A stretch of 64,000 nt of DNA from an uncultured Nitrososphaerales archaeon (GTDB taxonomy: Archaea; Thermoproteota; Nitrososphaeria; Nitrososphaerales; Nitrososphaeraceae). Below the pieces are notes generated by a model, which searched no databases, had not been told where the DNA came from, and saw only the letters and a list, made by a program, of their open reading frames with translations. The stretch spans positions 96,001-160,000 of the forward strand of contig CAVOHZ010000006.1 in the NCBI GenBank assembly GCA_963695855.1, read 5' to 3'. Of the stretch, positions 19,740-31,335 are shown piece after piece. Each line of letters opens with the position of its first letter. Position 1 is the first letter of the stretch. The translations under genes and the position numbers were made by a program.

Positions 19740-20562
19740 CATATTCTATTTTTATTATTTTGTATATACAATTTTGTATGTAGAATACAGATCTTTAATT
19801 TTCTGCAAATGCTATTGACACCTCCCACGCAAGATTTATCATTTTATTTTTAAAAATTCACGACGTTTTTTTTTTGCATCTTTTTTTATTTCTAGAAATG
19901 TTATATATTCTCTTTCGAGACTTCGTCTTATCGAATTGGCAGTAACTTCCTAATGCTCCTTTCAAAAGATCAAAAGAATTAGCTAGATAACTGAAAGAAT
20001 ATTGTTTTTAATTTGTATATTTCTAAATCATGTTTTCTCTAAAACTTCATATAAATTGCTCTCTTGCCTGAATTATATTCCGACAGAGAACCTTCGGGCA
20101 TAATAGACGGAATAAATTTTAAAATATTCCTCATTATTTAACATAAAGAAAGACCATTTTCTGACTTTCCGCGTACTGTAATTCAAATGCCACCCTTTGG
20201 CATAATCATTTATTAATAGATTCAAGAGTTTCTATTGGTTTTGTGAATAACACTAGTGACCATTGACATACAAATCCGGAAAATTTTGTTCACTAAACAA
20301 TTCTCTCTGCATCCAATTCTAAAAAATCGACTTTAGGTAATCGGATTTCTCTTTTGATGTACTAAATTCGTTTTAACATCGAAAAAAACAGTGACGATTG
20401 AGTAAAAATATTTGTATCACAATTTTAAAAAAGTAATTCATTATATCGATGCCAAATCTCTATTTTTAATACTCACTTGACTGTATGAATGATGGTGGGG
20501 TCTGACCGAAAAATGACACAATGACGTAAAAATGACGGAAAAATGACGATCGAATAAACTGT

Positions 20563-22224
20563 ATGACGATATGCGCAAAATATAAATACTTGGTTTTTTC
20601 TTCATGGGACAGAAACACAAGAATGTTAGATTACATAAAGTCATCAATTATTCAAGCATGGGCTATGGGAAAGCAAAGAGATTCAATCGCGTCAGAATTC
20701 AATGTCGCGACAGGTACTGTGTCGAACATTATCTCCGAGTGGAAAAATAGGATTGGTTATTACGACGCAGATAGTATTAGAGAACTGGCGATAGGTATGA
20801 AAAATGCAGAAATTACACCTGAAGACTGTCTTACAGGTTTGAGGATTTCATGTCTGATCGATAAATTTGGCATAGACCCAGAACAATTTGAATATTTCTT
20901 AAATAAAACATATGATGAATGTATTGCCCAAGGAGTACGTCCACAGGATCTAGCGAGACTCGTGAAAGAAATAAATTCCCTTCAAAGGATAAGCTACCAC
21001 TCGATTAACGACATTCCCAAAATTATCAAAGAGAGACTCGGCGAAAAACGCAAGCTAGATTTCCAAATTTATAAGAAAAGAAATGAAATCAATAATTTGA
21101 ACGATGAAAAAGTACGAAGGGAAAAAGATATAGAGGATTTGCAAAATCAGTATGAATCATGCAGGCAAAAGAATAAAGATCAGGAAAAAAATTTTTTGCT
21201 TTTAGAGGATATGAAAGACGAGTTACAAAAAAATAATATTCCTATACAGTTCTTAAAACCTATGATTAACTTAATGACGACTTTTAGGAACGATTTTAAT
21301 TTTCATCCTATGAAAATTTTTGACGCATTTATAAATATTGGAAATTATCAATTATACTGCAAGGACAAGAATAACGAATTAAAAGAGATAGATTCCAGGG
21401 TCAAACGTTCAGAGGCAATGCTTGCTAGGATTGTAGAAGATATATCTTCATACCAGATAAAAGAATTGGCTCAAATTGAATTAGAGAACATGGAATTTGA
21501 TTCATCAGATTTCAAAAGATTGTATCAAGTGATTCAAAAAATTGCAGATGATTACGGGAGAGACAAGGGACAAGTAAAAACCATATTATTTGGATTACTG
21601 TATGAAATCCGTGATCTATTTCGTTTACAAAAAATGAAAGTGGAAAAACAAGATGAAATTTCCGTTCTAGATAAGGATATAACTTCAAAACGAGATATAT
21701 TAAGTGCTCAACTCAAAGTATTTTCTATTTTCAAGTTTTTGCTAGAAAATGCAGTTACCGAAGATCAAATCCTGTCAATGTTAAATGTATTTATAAAAGA
21801 CTTTCAAAATCAAAAGACAAGGCCCAGCAATATTAACGAGTACCTTGAAGGTCTGTCAAAAGACTTGGAAAAAAATCAAACTGTAAAGAATACTTTAAGA
21901 AGTTTGAATTTTAAGGTGGTGTTTGAGGAATCCAAGATTAATAGATTATCTACATATAAATCCAATCTAGAAAGTTTTATCTACTTGTCGGTTATCGCTA
22001 TTTATATCCACTACATTCTATTAAAGTTACGAAATAGACAGATGCAAAAAAGGTCTATCGAAATTCTTTCTGGGCAGTACGTATGGTATTTACTTCTTTT
22101 CTATTATGTGACAAAAGCAAGTACAATTATCTCAAAGACAAGAATAAATGCAAAAAACAAAAATGGGAAAAAAATTGCAAAGAGAAAGAAGAATAAAGAT
22201 AATACTAAAAGAATCGTTGTATAA
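20563..22224 (+). CDS. N-terminal HTH plus long coiled-coil protein
   Basis: RDSIASEFNVATGTVSNII HTH, extended heptad-rich region, hydrophobic C-terminal segments; the true start may be the Met near 20623. Confidence 0.75.
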   Translation: MTICAKYKYLVFSSWDRNTRMLDYIKSSIIQAWAMGKQRDSIASEFNVATGTVSNIISEWKNRIGYYDADSIRELAIGMKNAEITPEDCLTGLRISCLIDKFGIDPEQFEYFLNKTYDECIAQGVRPQDLARLVKEINSLQRISYHSINDIPKIIKERLGEKRKLDFQIYKKRNEINNLNDEKVRREKDIEDLQNQYESCRQKNKDQEKNFLLLEDMKDELQKNNIPIQFLKPMINLMTTFRNDFNFHPMKIFDAFINIGNYQLYCKDKNNELKEIDSRVKRSEAMLARIVEDISSYQIKELAQIELENMEFDSSDFKRLYQVIQKIADDYGRDKGQVKTILFGLLYEIRDLFRLQKMKVEKQDEISVLDKDITSKRDILSAQLKVFSIFKFLLENAVTEDQILSMLNVFIKDFQNQKTRPSNINEYLEGLSKDLEKNQTVKNTLRSLNFKVVFEESKINRLSTYKSNLESFIYLSVIAIYIHYILLKLRNRQMQKRSIEILSGQYVWYLLLFYYVTKASTIISKTRINAKNKNGKKIAKRKKNKDNTKRIVV

Positions 22225-22306
22225 CTGGTTTCAAAGTATAACTGTTAGATACTTATCAATCATATAATAATGAAAAAGATTGTTTAAACGAGTTATGCAA
22301 CAAAGC
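22200..22306 (+). mobile_element. IS5-family right-end remnant
   Basis: ATCGTTGTATAACTGGTTTCAAAGTAT is identical to the transposase 3' end at 44933-44959; followed by a TIR-like AGTTATGCAACAAAGC at 22291-22306. Confidence 0.8.
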
Positions 22307-22445
22307 AGTAGTAAACTATCATTAATATTGTATCTTTTTCCTCATTGCGATTTATCATTTTCGTATCTCTAAAATTTCATATTCGACCCTTTTGTTCTCT
22401 TTTATAAGTATTTAACAGTATATAGTGATAACGTCATATTATAGA

Positions 22446-22622
22446 CTATAGACGAATGCCTGAAGCATACCAATTTCCGTGGGACGCTTCTTGAAATACT
22501 ATTATCACTTCTTCTTTGTTTACATGTAATATCTTAACTATATCATCCGTCAATGCTTCTGCAAGTCTATCTTTTTCTTTCTGTGTTCTACCACTATACA
22601 TTGATACTGTTATTATTGGCAT
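22446..22622 (-). CDS. 4-oxalocrotonate tautomerase family protein (58 aa)
   Basis: MPIITVSMYSGRTQKEKDRLAEALT...VIIVFQE...NWYASG; N-terminal catalytic Pro. Confidence 0.9.
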   Translation of the reverse strand: MPIITVSMYSGRTQKEKDRLAEALTDDIVKILHVNKEEVIIVFQEASHGNWYASGIRL

Positions 22623-23513
22623 AACTTAGTAATCAAAAGAGAAATAGATAAGAATTTTGTTCATTAAACTGAATAACGAAAACGAAAAATAAAGTGAGAA
22701 GTGATATAGCTCACTTTTAGTACTAAAAACACGCCATTTTCAAACAAATCAAAAATTAATTTTTTAGAATATATAAAAACTTTGATTAAATCATTTTATA
22801 ATTTTAATATGTGATGTAGGTCAGACTTAAAAGTTTTATTTTGGTTATGAATCTGGACTGTGTGACCATCCAAAGGAGAGCTGCAGTAAAATATTGTTCG
22901 TTAATATTTTTGAATGCAATAAATATTTCTCGAATAAATCATCTTCAGTTCTAATATGTTTAATTCTGAAAAATATTGATCTTTTAATGATTATTCTAAT
23001 AAGTAATATTTTAGATATATTTTAAATGTATTTGTATAATTTTTCAGTATCGGTATGTTACTAAATCGATATAAGGATTTGAAATGCTGAATCTGCCCTT
23101 TCTGGTATTCTGCCATTACCCAATTTTCATTAGGTTATAATACGACCAATAACTAGAATCACATCGATCAAATTTTCTTTTAAATTGAAATAATCTATTT
23201 TTTTTCAAATATTGTCTTTGATACAAGGCATTTCATTTATTTTTTCTGAAGGTTTGCTATTTAGTAATCATTATGATATCTTTACAAAAATCTTTTACTA
23301 TGATAATTTATTTAAACCCCCAATTAGGCTTGGCTTTTTGCCAGCAAGGACTGCTTTCAATCCTTATATTTTTAGTAGGTTGTGTTAATTTTTATAAAAT
23401 TTTAAAATCATATCCTTCAATGTTACCATTATGTGTAATATAATATATGACTTTCAGGAAAAAAATTATCTAGTCCTCTTATTTCCAATTCAGTTCGAAT
23501 TATATTAGATTTT

Positions 23514-24503
23514 CTATTCTTTTCCATCCTCATGATATTCTCCACCTGGTCTGAAAACTTCTTCGTGTCTGGTTACTATCTTATTGGGCTTATCAAAATC
23601 CTTTATGAATTTCTTCTCACATTCAGTCATTTGTGGTGGTCCTAACTCTTCTGCTGAGGCACAACCAAAAAACATATCACCTTTTTCTATAGTACCCAAT
23701 TCGGTATTTCTATCGAACGTAAATGGAACTCTTATTATATAACTTTCATCAGATGTATCCCCTGTTTTTTTCACCTCATCTTCAATATTTACTGTTTTCA
23801 TTTGATATTCTCCTTTGACCATTGCTATTACATTAAGCAGATCAACATCCTTTTGATCATAAATTGGGGTTATAACCGTGATTTTTACGTCACCAGATTG
23901 TTGGTTAGCTTTTGCAGGTAATTTGTTTAATTCAAGACTTTTTTGAAATTTCAACATTGTACCAAATAGGCGTGCTGTGCTGGCATCGGTACCCTCTATA
24001 GTTTGACCTTCATCACAATCATACGTTTTTATGGCGCTATAATTATTTGCTAATTTTGTTTGCCCATCATTTAGTACATAGCCACAGACAAAAAACTCAT
24101 CCGCGCCAATTGAAGAGATTTCATTAGTTTTATTGAATTCTAAATTTGAAGTCAAAACTTTATTTGTTATTGCACCCTTCTCTGTTTGTGGATTAAGATA
24201 TTGAATTTTTGCTTCCCCATTGACATATGCTACAATCTTTATCTTGTCTGTCTCTTTTAGTTGTATATTGTTTGTATTCATTTTAATGTGCAAATTGAAC
24301 AAATCTTTATTATCATCTTTATTATCATCTTTATTATCATCTTTATTATCATCTTTATTATAATCTTTATTATCATCATTGCTCTTTCCACTCACAGCAA
24401 ATACTGAAATTTGGTAATTGAAAGATAATAATAACAGGATAATAGAAAAAATAGAGAAAATCTGTGAATATGCAAAACAAGATCTATTTATAGTAACTTT
24501 CAT
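23514..24503 (-). CDS. Secreted hypothetical protein with an NKDD repeat and two similar Cys-containing domains
   Basis: Signal-like N-terminus; DEFFVC...YDCDE and DMFFGC...TECE duplicated pattern. Confidence 0.75.
   Translation of the reverse strand: MKVTINRSCFAYSQIFSIFSIILLLLSFNYQISVFAVSGKSNDDNKDYNKDDNKDDNKDDNKDDNKDLFNLHIKMNTNNIQLKETDKIKIVAYVNGEAKIQYLNPQTEKGAITNKVLTSNLEFNKTNEISSIGADEFFVCGYVLNDGQTKLANNYSAIKTYDCDEGQTIEGTDASTARLFGTMLKFQKSLELNKLPAKANQQSGDVKITVITPIYDQKDVDLLNVIAMVKGEYQMKTVNIEDEVKKTGDTSDESYIIRVPFTFDRNTELGTIEKGDMFFGCASAEELGPPQMTECEKKFIKDFDKPNKIVTRHEEVFRPGGEYHEDGKE
24303..24377. repeat. 12-bp tandem repeat x6 (ATCTTTATTATC)
   Basis: Directly visible; encodes DNKD repeats. Confidence 0.9.
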
Positions 24504-25107
24504 CTCAAAGACTATGTTTTTTATGATATTTATGGAATACTAGCTTTTATACTTGTAGATTTTACGATTTTAATTTTATATCTAATTTTTTACATCACTT
24601 AAATGTTTTAATTTATGGTAAAGACTAGAAATCTATGTAAAAAATGGATATTTTTTTTATTTTATAATATAATAAACTCCTAGCAGCGAATGAAATATTC
24701 GTGTTACGTTAGCTTACATTACATAACACATTATGATTTGATTTATTAGAACCTATTCTTCACAAAATTATTTTTCTTTTAAAATACCATATGAATTATG
24801 AAAAAGCATTGTACCTATAAAAACCAATTTTTTTTGTTAAGCAGGTTATAAAAGTTTAACGAGAGATATTGTTTCCAAAAAACATAGGTAAACAATAGCT
24901 TTTTATCCTGAAAAAACAATATAATTGAAAATTATTCAAGAATTTTTCATTTTTTTATCCAAACCATGTCTGTCAAACACATACGCGTATGTTATGAAAA
25001 TCATGATTACTTTGATTCATAATTTTTTAATATACCTAAGATATTATAAGTTAAAAAAGATATTGAAAATAAATAAATAAATAAATAAAAATATCTAGAT
25101 TTATTGC

Positions 25108-26724
25108 TTGGATTTTAGAAATGCATTTGATTCATCTCAAAAAGTATACCAATTCCTGACTTTATTGTCTATTATATTAGTGTCATCTTTCCTTCATTTA
25201 TGGAACTTGGATGGATTTCCAAGCATCTACAGGGATGAAGATCACTATTTAAGAAAAGCGATGTATATATTGGATGGTAAAGGGCTTCAAGAAGGTTCAG
25301 ATGATCTGATAAGCATTCCTTCTCACAAATACGATCATCCATATTTTGGACAGATCTTTATTTCCTCATTTTTATGGCTTGTAGGATTTCCGCATTCATT
25401 GAACCTGTCTGCAGATATAAATTCTATTTCATTGATATACCATATTCCAAGAATTTTAATGGGATTACTTGCAGTTTTGGATACATTTCTCATATACAAA
25501 ATCGGTCAAGTAAGATATAATAGAAATGTAGGTTTTTTATCTGCAGCTATTTTTGCAGTAGTTCCCATGACATGGCTTCTAAGGCGAATATGGCTAGAAC
25601 CAATTCAATTGCCATTCATCTTGGGTTCAATATTGTTTGCAATATATTTTAATAAACAATTTACTGAAGCTAGACTTAGCAAATATTTCTTTCACAAAAA
25701 ATTAATGTTTTTAATTTTTTCTGGCATATTTCTGGGAGTTTCAATTTTTACAAAACTCCCAGCATTTACATTCATTCCATTAGTGGCTTTTTTAATTTTT
25801 TCGATGGACAAACAGAATTTAAAATACGTAGGACTTTGGTCTATACCTGTAATACTAATACCTTTAATATGGCCTGCTAATGCGTTATATTTAGGAGAAT
25901 TGGATGACTGGTTTAATGGTTTATTCTGGCAATCGGAAAGATCAAATGCGGGTATATTCGGAACAGTTCAAAAATTATTTATAATTGACCCAATTTTTAT
26001 TACTATTGGTCTTATAAGTGTAGGTTATACAGTTATAAAAAAGGATTTCTTTATTCTATTAGGTATAATACCTTTCATTATGTTCAGTTATTTAATCGGT
26101 TATGTATCTTATTGGCATCTGATTCCTGTAATTCCTATATTATCTATATCTATATCTTTGATGATCTTAGATCTAACCAAAATATTCTTTCAAACAAGAC
26201 AGCGTAGAGTAGTTCAGCTTATTTTTATACTCGCAATAATTATTCCTAGTTTCATAATCAGCACAAATTTGATAATTAGCTACACAGATAATTTTCATTT
26301 CAGGGTAATCAGTGCTTTATCTAAAGAGGTTAGGAATTTCGATCAAGCTAATATAAATAATTCCTTAGAGCTTGATACAGATGATCAAAATATTAAAAGC
26401 AAATTAACAATTATTGGGAGTAACTATTGGTTGTGGATTCCCAAATACATATTTGATGAAGGAGAGAATTTTTACAAGAACTATTTTATTGCTGAAGATA
26501 TGAAAACAGATAATATCCTACTCGTAGCTGGTGAAAATTTTATTAAAACAATGACTAGAGAAAACAGTACAAAGGTTAACATCATGAAACTAAGAGAAAT
26601 TTATTCCAAATCTGATATAATTTTCGAACTAGAACAAAATATAACCAAACCTATGGAATCACATGGTATTATTGATCTCGATCCCAAGGGGTCTAAAAAA
26701 ATAGAGATACGTAAGAATTACTAG
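25108..26724 (+). CDS. GT-C fold glycosyltransferase (family 39/ArnT-like)
   Basis: DE motif in the first loop (YRDEDHY), YDHPYFG, many TM helices, GVSIFTK. Confidence 0.85.
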   Translation: MDFRNAFDSSQKVYQFLTLLSIILVSSFLHLWNLDGFPSIYRDEDHYLRKAMYILDGKGLQEGSDDLISIPSHKYDHPYFGQIFISSFLWLVGFPHSLNLSADINSISLIYHIPRILMGLLAVLDTFLIYKIGQVRYNRNVGFLSAAIFAVVPMTWLLRRIWLEPIQLPFILGSILFAIYFNKQFTEARLSKYFFHKKLMFLIFSGIFLGVSIFTKLPAFTFIPLVAFLIFSMDKQNLKYVGLWSIPVILIPLIWPANALYLGELDDWFNGLFWQSERSNAGIFGTVQKLFIIDPIFITIGLISVGYTVIKKDFFILLGIIPFIMFSYLIGYVSYWHLIPVIPILSISISLMILDLTKIFFQTRQRRVVQLIFILAIIIPSFIISTNLIISYTDNFHFRVISALSKEVRNFDQANINNSLELDTDDQNIKSKLTIIGSNYWLWIPKYIFDEGENFYKNYFIAEDMKTDNILLVAGENFIKTMTRENSTKVNIMKLREIYSKSDIIFELEQNITKPMESHGIIDLDPKGSKKIEIRKNY

Positions 26725-27001
26725 AAAATGATCTGAATCTTATTCGGATAAAATTTATAAATTGCTTAATTGTCTTTCTTTCTGCTTTTAGTAAAGTAGT
26801 AATGATTGAAAAAATATTTTGATTAAATTAAAATTCTGACCGTAAAAATACCCGTGTTTTGAAATGAACTAAAATTTTTATTGCATATTAATTTTTCTAA
26901 TTTGATGGTCTAGTGTGCCTCTTGGTGTATATTGAGAAATTAAAAAAATAAAAATTATAATAAAATTTTATTTTGAAACTATATTTTTATTTTATATTTA
27001 T

Positions 27002-27484
27002 TTACATTTTGTATCCGATCCTTCTAAGAAATTGTTTTCTTTCATCTTCGTCTTTTTCTGTTTCAATTCCCTTGGACTTAAAGCCGTCAACTATTCCAAT
27101 TATGGATCTCCCCTGGTCTGTTTCATAAAGTATTACTTCAATAGGGTTTGCTGTTGCACAGTAAACATTTACAATTTCAGGAACTTCTTTCAACCTAGGC
27201 AATACATTAATTGGATAAGCATTCTCAATGAGGACTAGAAGACTATGACCAGCAGCAATATCATAAGCATACTGAGAAGATAACCTTCTCAAATCTAAAT
27301 CATTACCAGTATGTCTAACCAAGCATGGACCGCTCGCCTCACAAAATGCAAGTCCAAATTTTATGTTTGGAACACAATTTATCAAACATTCGAAAACATC
27401 TTCAACTGTTTTTATGAAATGACTTTGTGCTAGAATAATCTGAACACCTTCTGGAGGACTGATCTTTATAATTCTATAATTCAT
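27002..27484 (-). CDS. Adenosine-specific kinase (DUF355 family)
   Basis: QSHFIKTVED, FCEASGPCLVR, YPINVL, CATANP, GIVDG. Confidence 0.92.
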   Translation of the reverse strand: MNYRIIKISPPEGVQIILAQSHFIKTVEDVFECLINCVPNIKFGLAFCEASGPCLVRHTGNDLDLRRLSSQYAYDIAAGHSLLVLIENAYPINVLPRLKEVPEIVNVYCATANPIEVILYETDQGRSIIGIVDGFKSKGIETEKDEDERKQFLRRIGYKM

Positions 27485-28457
27485 ACATAAATTAATATTT
27501 TTATGATATTTAAATATGGGTCGTATCTTTACATTATTAAAAGTTCTTAATTAAAGGAATATAAAATGCTCAGAATATAACTGAATTAATTACTCATCAA
27601 TCAGATATTTTCAAACAATTAGATTGTTACCCCTTTTAAAAATAATTTTGAATTTGATAAACAGAGACTTAAATATATCAAAAGATTTCTATTTTAAATT
27701 CTTTTATTAGCTTATTGTATTTAAAAACATATTTTTACTTTTTGATCAGCATATTCTTTACAAATATTTTTTAAATAAGTTGCTTCAATTTTAACTTTTT
27801 TTTATCAAACAGGGATCTACTCACAAATATGAAATTTTCATCTGTTAATTTTTTATTTGTTAACCTTATTTTATGTTTTATCAATCTGATATTTAAATTA
27901 AGAAAAAATGAAGAAAGTCTTTGAATATTTAATTTTTTCACGATTTAAGATAATTATAACTGATCGAAGCTTGAACTACTTAACATTTGAAAATTGAAAA
28001 GATATAAAACAGGTTATCCTTGAGACTAATTCTCTACATTAATTCTTTTTACAAGCCAGGAAATTGATTTTAGACTTTCTCCGATTTGATGCTTGACAGT
28101 TTTTCAAGATAACGCTTGGATAAAGTGTGTCTCGTTAACGTAAATACTTTCGTATATTTATTAAATTCTTTTTTAATTTTTACTTACCTTGTTCGAATAA
28201 TTGTTCCATTTTTAAGAAATTATAGTATTAAATCATTATTAAGAGTGTTATTATTTCGTTAAAGGATTATTAGTAATATCAAATATTTGGAATACGAAAT
28301 ATTTTCTAGTTAGTATCATATCTAGTTAATGTAAATTATAAATGACTGTGAAAACATGTCAATTTATTTTCAGGTGCAATTTCTACTGTCATTATCAAAA
28401 CAAATAGTTGTATATTAAGAAAAGTAGAATAACTTGTACTCATATAATACTAATAAA

Positions 28458-28727
28458 TTGTCAAATTCTAAACATTTTACCAAAGAGAAAGATAGGAAAG
28501 TGGGCGAGACACTAGGTGTTGACCGGAATAAATTCGACATAGAACAATTTAGAATGGGTTTGGATGAGGAATTATAACATCGAATAAGCAAGGAACATAC
28601 AGATGTTACTTATGACGACGAGATTATTACTGGCAAAATTGCACTTGCACATTTGAATGAATTTCCGGATTATTATTCACGATTAAAAAAGATGGAAGAT
28701 GAAGCAAGGGAATTTTACAACAAATAA
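28458..28727 (+). pseudogene. DUF5661-family protein with an in-frame TAA
   Basis: FDIEQFRMGLDEEL*HR...TDVTYDDEIITGKIALAHLNEFPDYYSRL; TAA at 28575-28577. Confidence 0.8.
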
Positions 28728-28983
28728 TTTTGTCCAGAGTTGGAAATGGATATCGGAGAGTTTTATAATATTAGTAATTATCATTTGATTTTAATAATCG
28801 ATTACTGAATATTTTTTCCGAATATACAAGTTTTAACAACATGAGTGTATATTATCAGATTTTTAATCAATCATAAAAAGTAATATATCTTGCCAAAAAT
28901 TATTGCAAGAACTGGATGTTTATTATCATTTTTCTAAATCTCTAAAATAATCTTTAATCTTTATTTTAAAAAAAAGGGATTAT

Positions 28984-29931
28984 TTATTCCAAACGAAGTT
29001 TTTTACTAATTTGCTTAACAACTGCCCTGATTGTAACTTCTGAAACTCCTGCCGCATCCGATATTTGTTTTTGCGTAATTCCTTTCTTCATATTGTTTTT
29101 GTTACTGTATGGAAGAGATATATAAATAATGGCGCCCGCTATTCCCATTGGGTCTCTTCCAGCACTAAAACCAGTGATTTCGAACCTCTTCATTAACTGA
29201 AGTGCCATTCTTATGCTCCTTTCCTCCAAATCTGCATTTCTTCCGACTTTTTCTATAAGTTGGTATATGTTTTGCTGAGGAATCTTCTGGTCCAGATGTA
29301 ATACAATCTGCCTGTATACTCTAGAGGTTTCGTTGTATTTACCATTATTTGCATTAATGACCTCCATAAGGGTTCTAGGTATACCAAATTCTCTGCATGC
29401 TACGTACAACGATGCTCCTAATACAGTATTTATTTTCCTTCCCTTTACTAGTCCATCTTCTTGGACTCTTCTGTATATATAAGCAGCTTTTTCAATTACT
29501 GCAGATGGTAGGTTAAGTTTATCTTTTAAAGCGTCTAATTGTCTGAATGCTATACTCAAGTTTCTAGAAGATTTATGTATTTGAGACCTTCTATCCCAAT
29601 TTCGAAGTCTATTAAACCTTACTTGCATTCTGGAATCAATTATGTTGCCAGTTGAATCTCTTTGAGTGCGGGCGATAGTAGTAGAAAGTCCTTTATCGTG
29701 ACGCGCTAAAGATGAAGGATATCCGTTCGATGTATTTAGATGTTCATCATCTGCCTTATTCCAGATTTTTTTTGTATATTCTATACTTCTTTCGACTACT
29801 ATTCCACATTTAGAACATATCACCTCTCCTGCTTCATCATCTGTGATCATTTTAGCTTCGTTCGGATCACATGTTTGACATTGAATTATTGATTGCATAT
29901 TTTGATTTATATTTATTATAATTATAGGCAA
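28984..29931 (-). CDS. tfb: Transcription initiation factor IIB (TFB paralogue)
   Basis: CQTC...GEVICSKCG zinc ribbon, HDKGLST, two cyclin repeats, AAGVSEVTIR. Confidence 0.95.
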   Translation of the reverse strand: MPIIIININQNMQSIIQCQTCDPNEAKMITDDEAGEVICSKCGIVVERSIEYTKKIWNKADDEHLNTSNGYPSSLARHDKGLSTTIARTQRDSTGNIIDSRMQVRFNRLRNWDRRSQIHKSSRNLSIAFRQLDALKDKLNLPSAVIEKAAYIYRRVQEDGLVKGRKINTVLGASLYVACREFGIPRTLMEVINANNGKYNETSRVYRQIVLHLDQKIPQQNIYQLIEKVGRNADLEERSIRMALQLMKRFEITGFSAGRDPMGIAGAIIYISLPYSNKNNMKKGITQKQISDAAGVSEVTIRAVVKQISKKLRLE

Positions 29932-30400
29932 ACAAATATATAAATATTATACTATTATATATAAAATTTTTAACGGTTATAACATCCAAAATAAATAATA
30001 GAATTCTATGATCCACCAATTAATCCCGATATTAATATCTAGTACGTTGTCTTTAAACTCGAAGTAATTAACAACCTTGTTGAAAAAGGTTTTCATACCG
30101 AATGATTTAAGTTCAAATAAAAAAATATAAACTTCTTTTATTAATTCCACTATATCAAAAAATTATATTCATGTTTTAGAAATCTAAAATGGTGCACATT
30201 GAAATTTTGTTTATAGAATTTCAGATATTATATGATACGTAACGAAAGACTTTATTTTGTTAATTTTTATGTGCACTATATTTCCAGTTATAATAATCAA
30301 TTGTAATCAAATCTAAAAGTATAATAAAACTGTTATTCAAAAGCAATATAACATATAATAATGGCATTGAATGACTACTTAATACAAAGGTAAGCAATTA

Positions 30401-31285
30401 ATGATTGGTAATAATGAATTTATTACTGATTTCAGATCATTATTAGATAAGAAAAGATTTGAAGAACAGATAATTGATGGACAATCTGGATTTTATGATA
30501 AGATAGAAGAAGTTTTTATTCCTGAAAGTGCGTTTGCTAATCTTTTTAATAACATAGGACCTAAATATCAACCATCCAACATAGAAATTCAAAACATGAT
30601 CGAGAGTAGTCGCAAAAGAGTGTCAAACACAATAAAGGATATCCATCAGAATACAAAGGATTCTTACGCTCAAATATTATTGTCCTATTTATCTCATAAA
30701 TTCCTTCTTGAAAACAAGAAACAACCCAGAGATATGATAATTCTCTATATAGATCTGGTTGGTTCTACAGCACTAACAGCTATACTGAATGCTGAAGAAT
30801 TATCCATGATCGTTAGAATATTTTGTCAAGAAATTTCAATTTGTATATCAAGATATTTCGGTTATGTGTTAAAATATGCCGGTGATGCAGTAATTGGTTA
30901 TTTTCCTGAGGGATCGAAACTATCGAAAGGAGATCTACATGAACATGCAATAAAATGTGGGTTTTATATGCAGAAGTTGTTAGATGAATCTATTAATGAA
31001 ATTCTATATCAGAATAAATATCCTAAGTTAAGAAGTCGAATAGCAATTGATGTTGGGAAAAATCAGATAGTAGTGCTTGGATCAGAACCAGATCTGTTAG
31101 GTCATGTGATAAGCAGAGCAGCCAAAATCATGGGTAAGGTCCCACCTAACAATATCATAATAGGAGAAAATGTTTTTAGAAATCTCAATGATAATACTAA
31201 AGAAAAATTTCCTCTACAGGATAAATTTATGCTATTTGAAACAGGAGAAATTTATTCAACACATATGACAAATAAAAAGAAATAA
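30401..31285 (+). CDS. Class III adenylate/guanylate cyclase-domain protein
   Basis: LYIDLVGST, VLKYAGDAV, RIAIDVG, DLLGHVISRAAK. Confidence 0.9.
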   Translation: MIGNNEFITDFRSLLDKKRFEEQIIDGQSGFYDKIEEVFIPESAFANLFNNIGPKYQPSNIEIQNMIESSRKRVSNTIKDIHQNTKDSYAQILLSYLSHKFLLENKKQPRDMIILYIDLVGSTALTAILNAEELSMIVRIFCQEISICISRYFGYVLKYAGDAVIGYFPEGSKLSKGDLHEHAIKCGFYMQKLLDESINEILYQNKYPKLRSRIAIDVGKNQIVVLGSEPDLLGHVISRAAKIMGKVPPNNIIIGENVFRNLNDNTKEKFPLQDKFMLFETGEIYSTHMTNKKK

Positions 31286-31335
31286 TTAATTTCAGAATTG
31301 AAAGTTTTATTACTTTAAGAAATAATTTTATTGAT

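Noticed and set aside
19750-20400. Coding-like but stop-riddled stretch after tmk
   Set aside because: No continuous frame or motif could be reconstructed
23355-23390. CTTTCAATCCTTATATTTTTAGTAGG resembling a CRISPR repeat end
   Set aside because: Single 11-bp match with no periodic partner or stem; compatible with chance in AT-rich DNA
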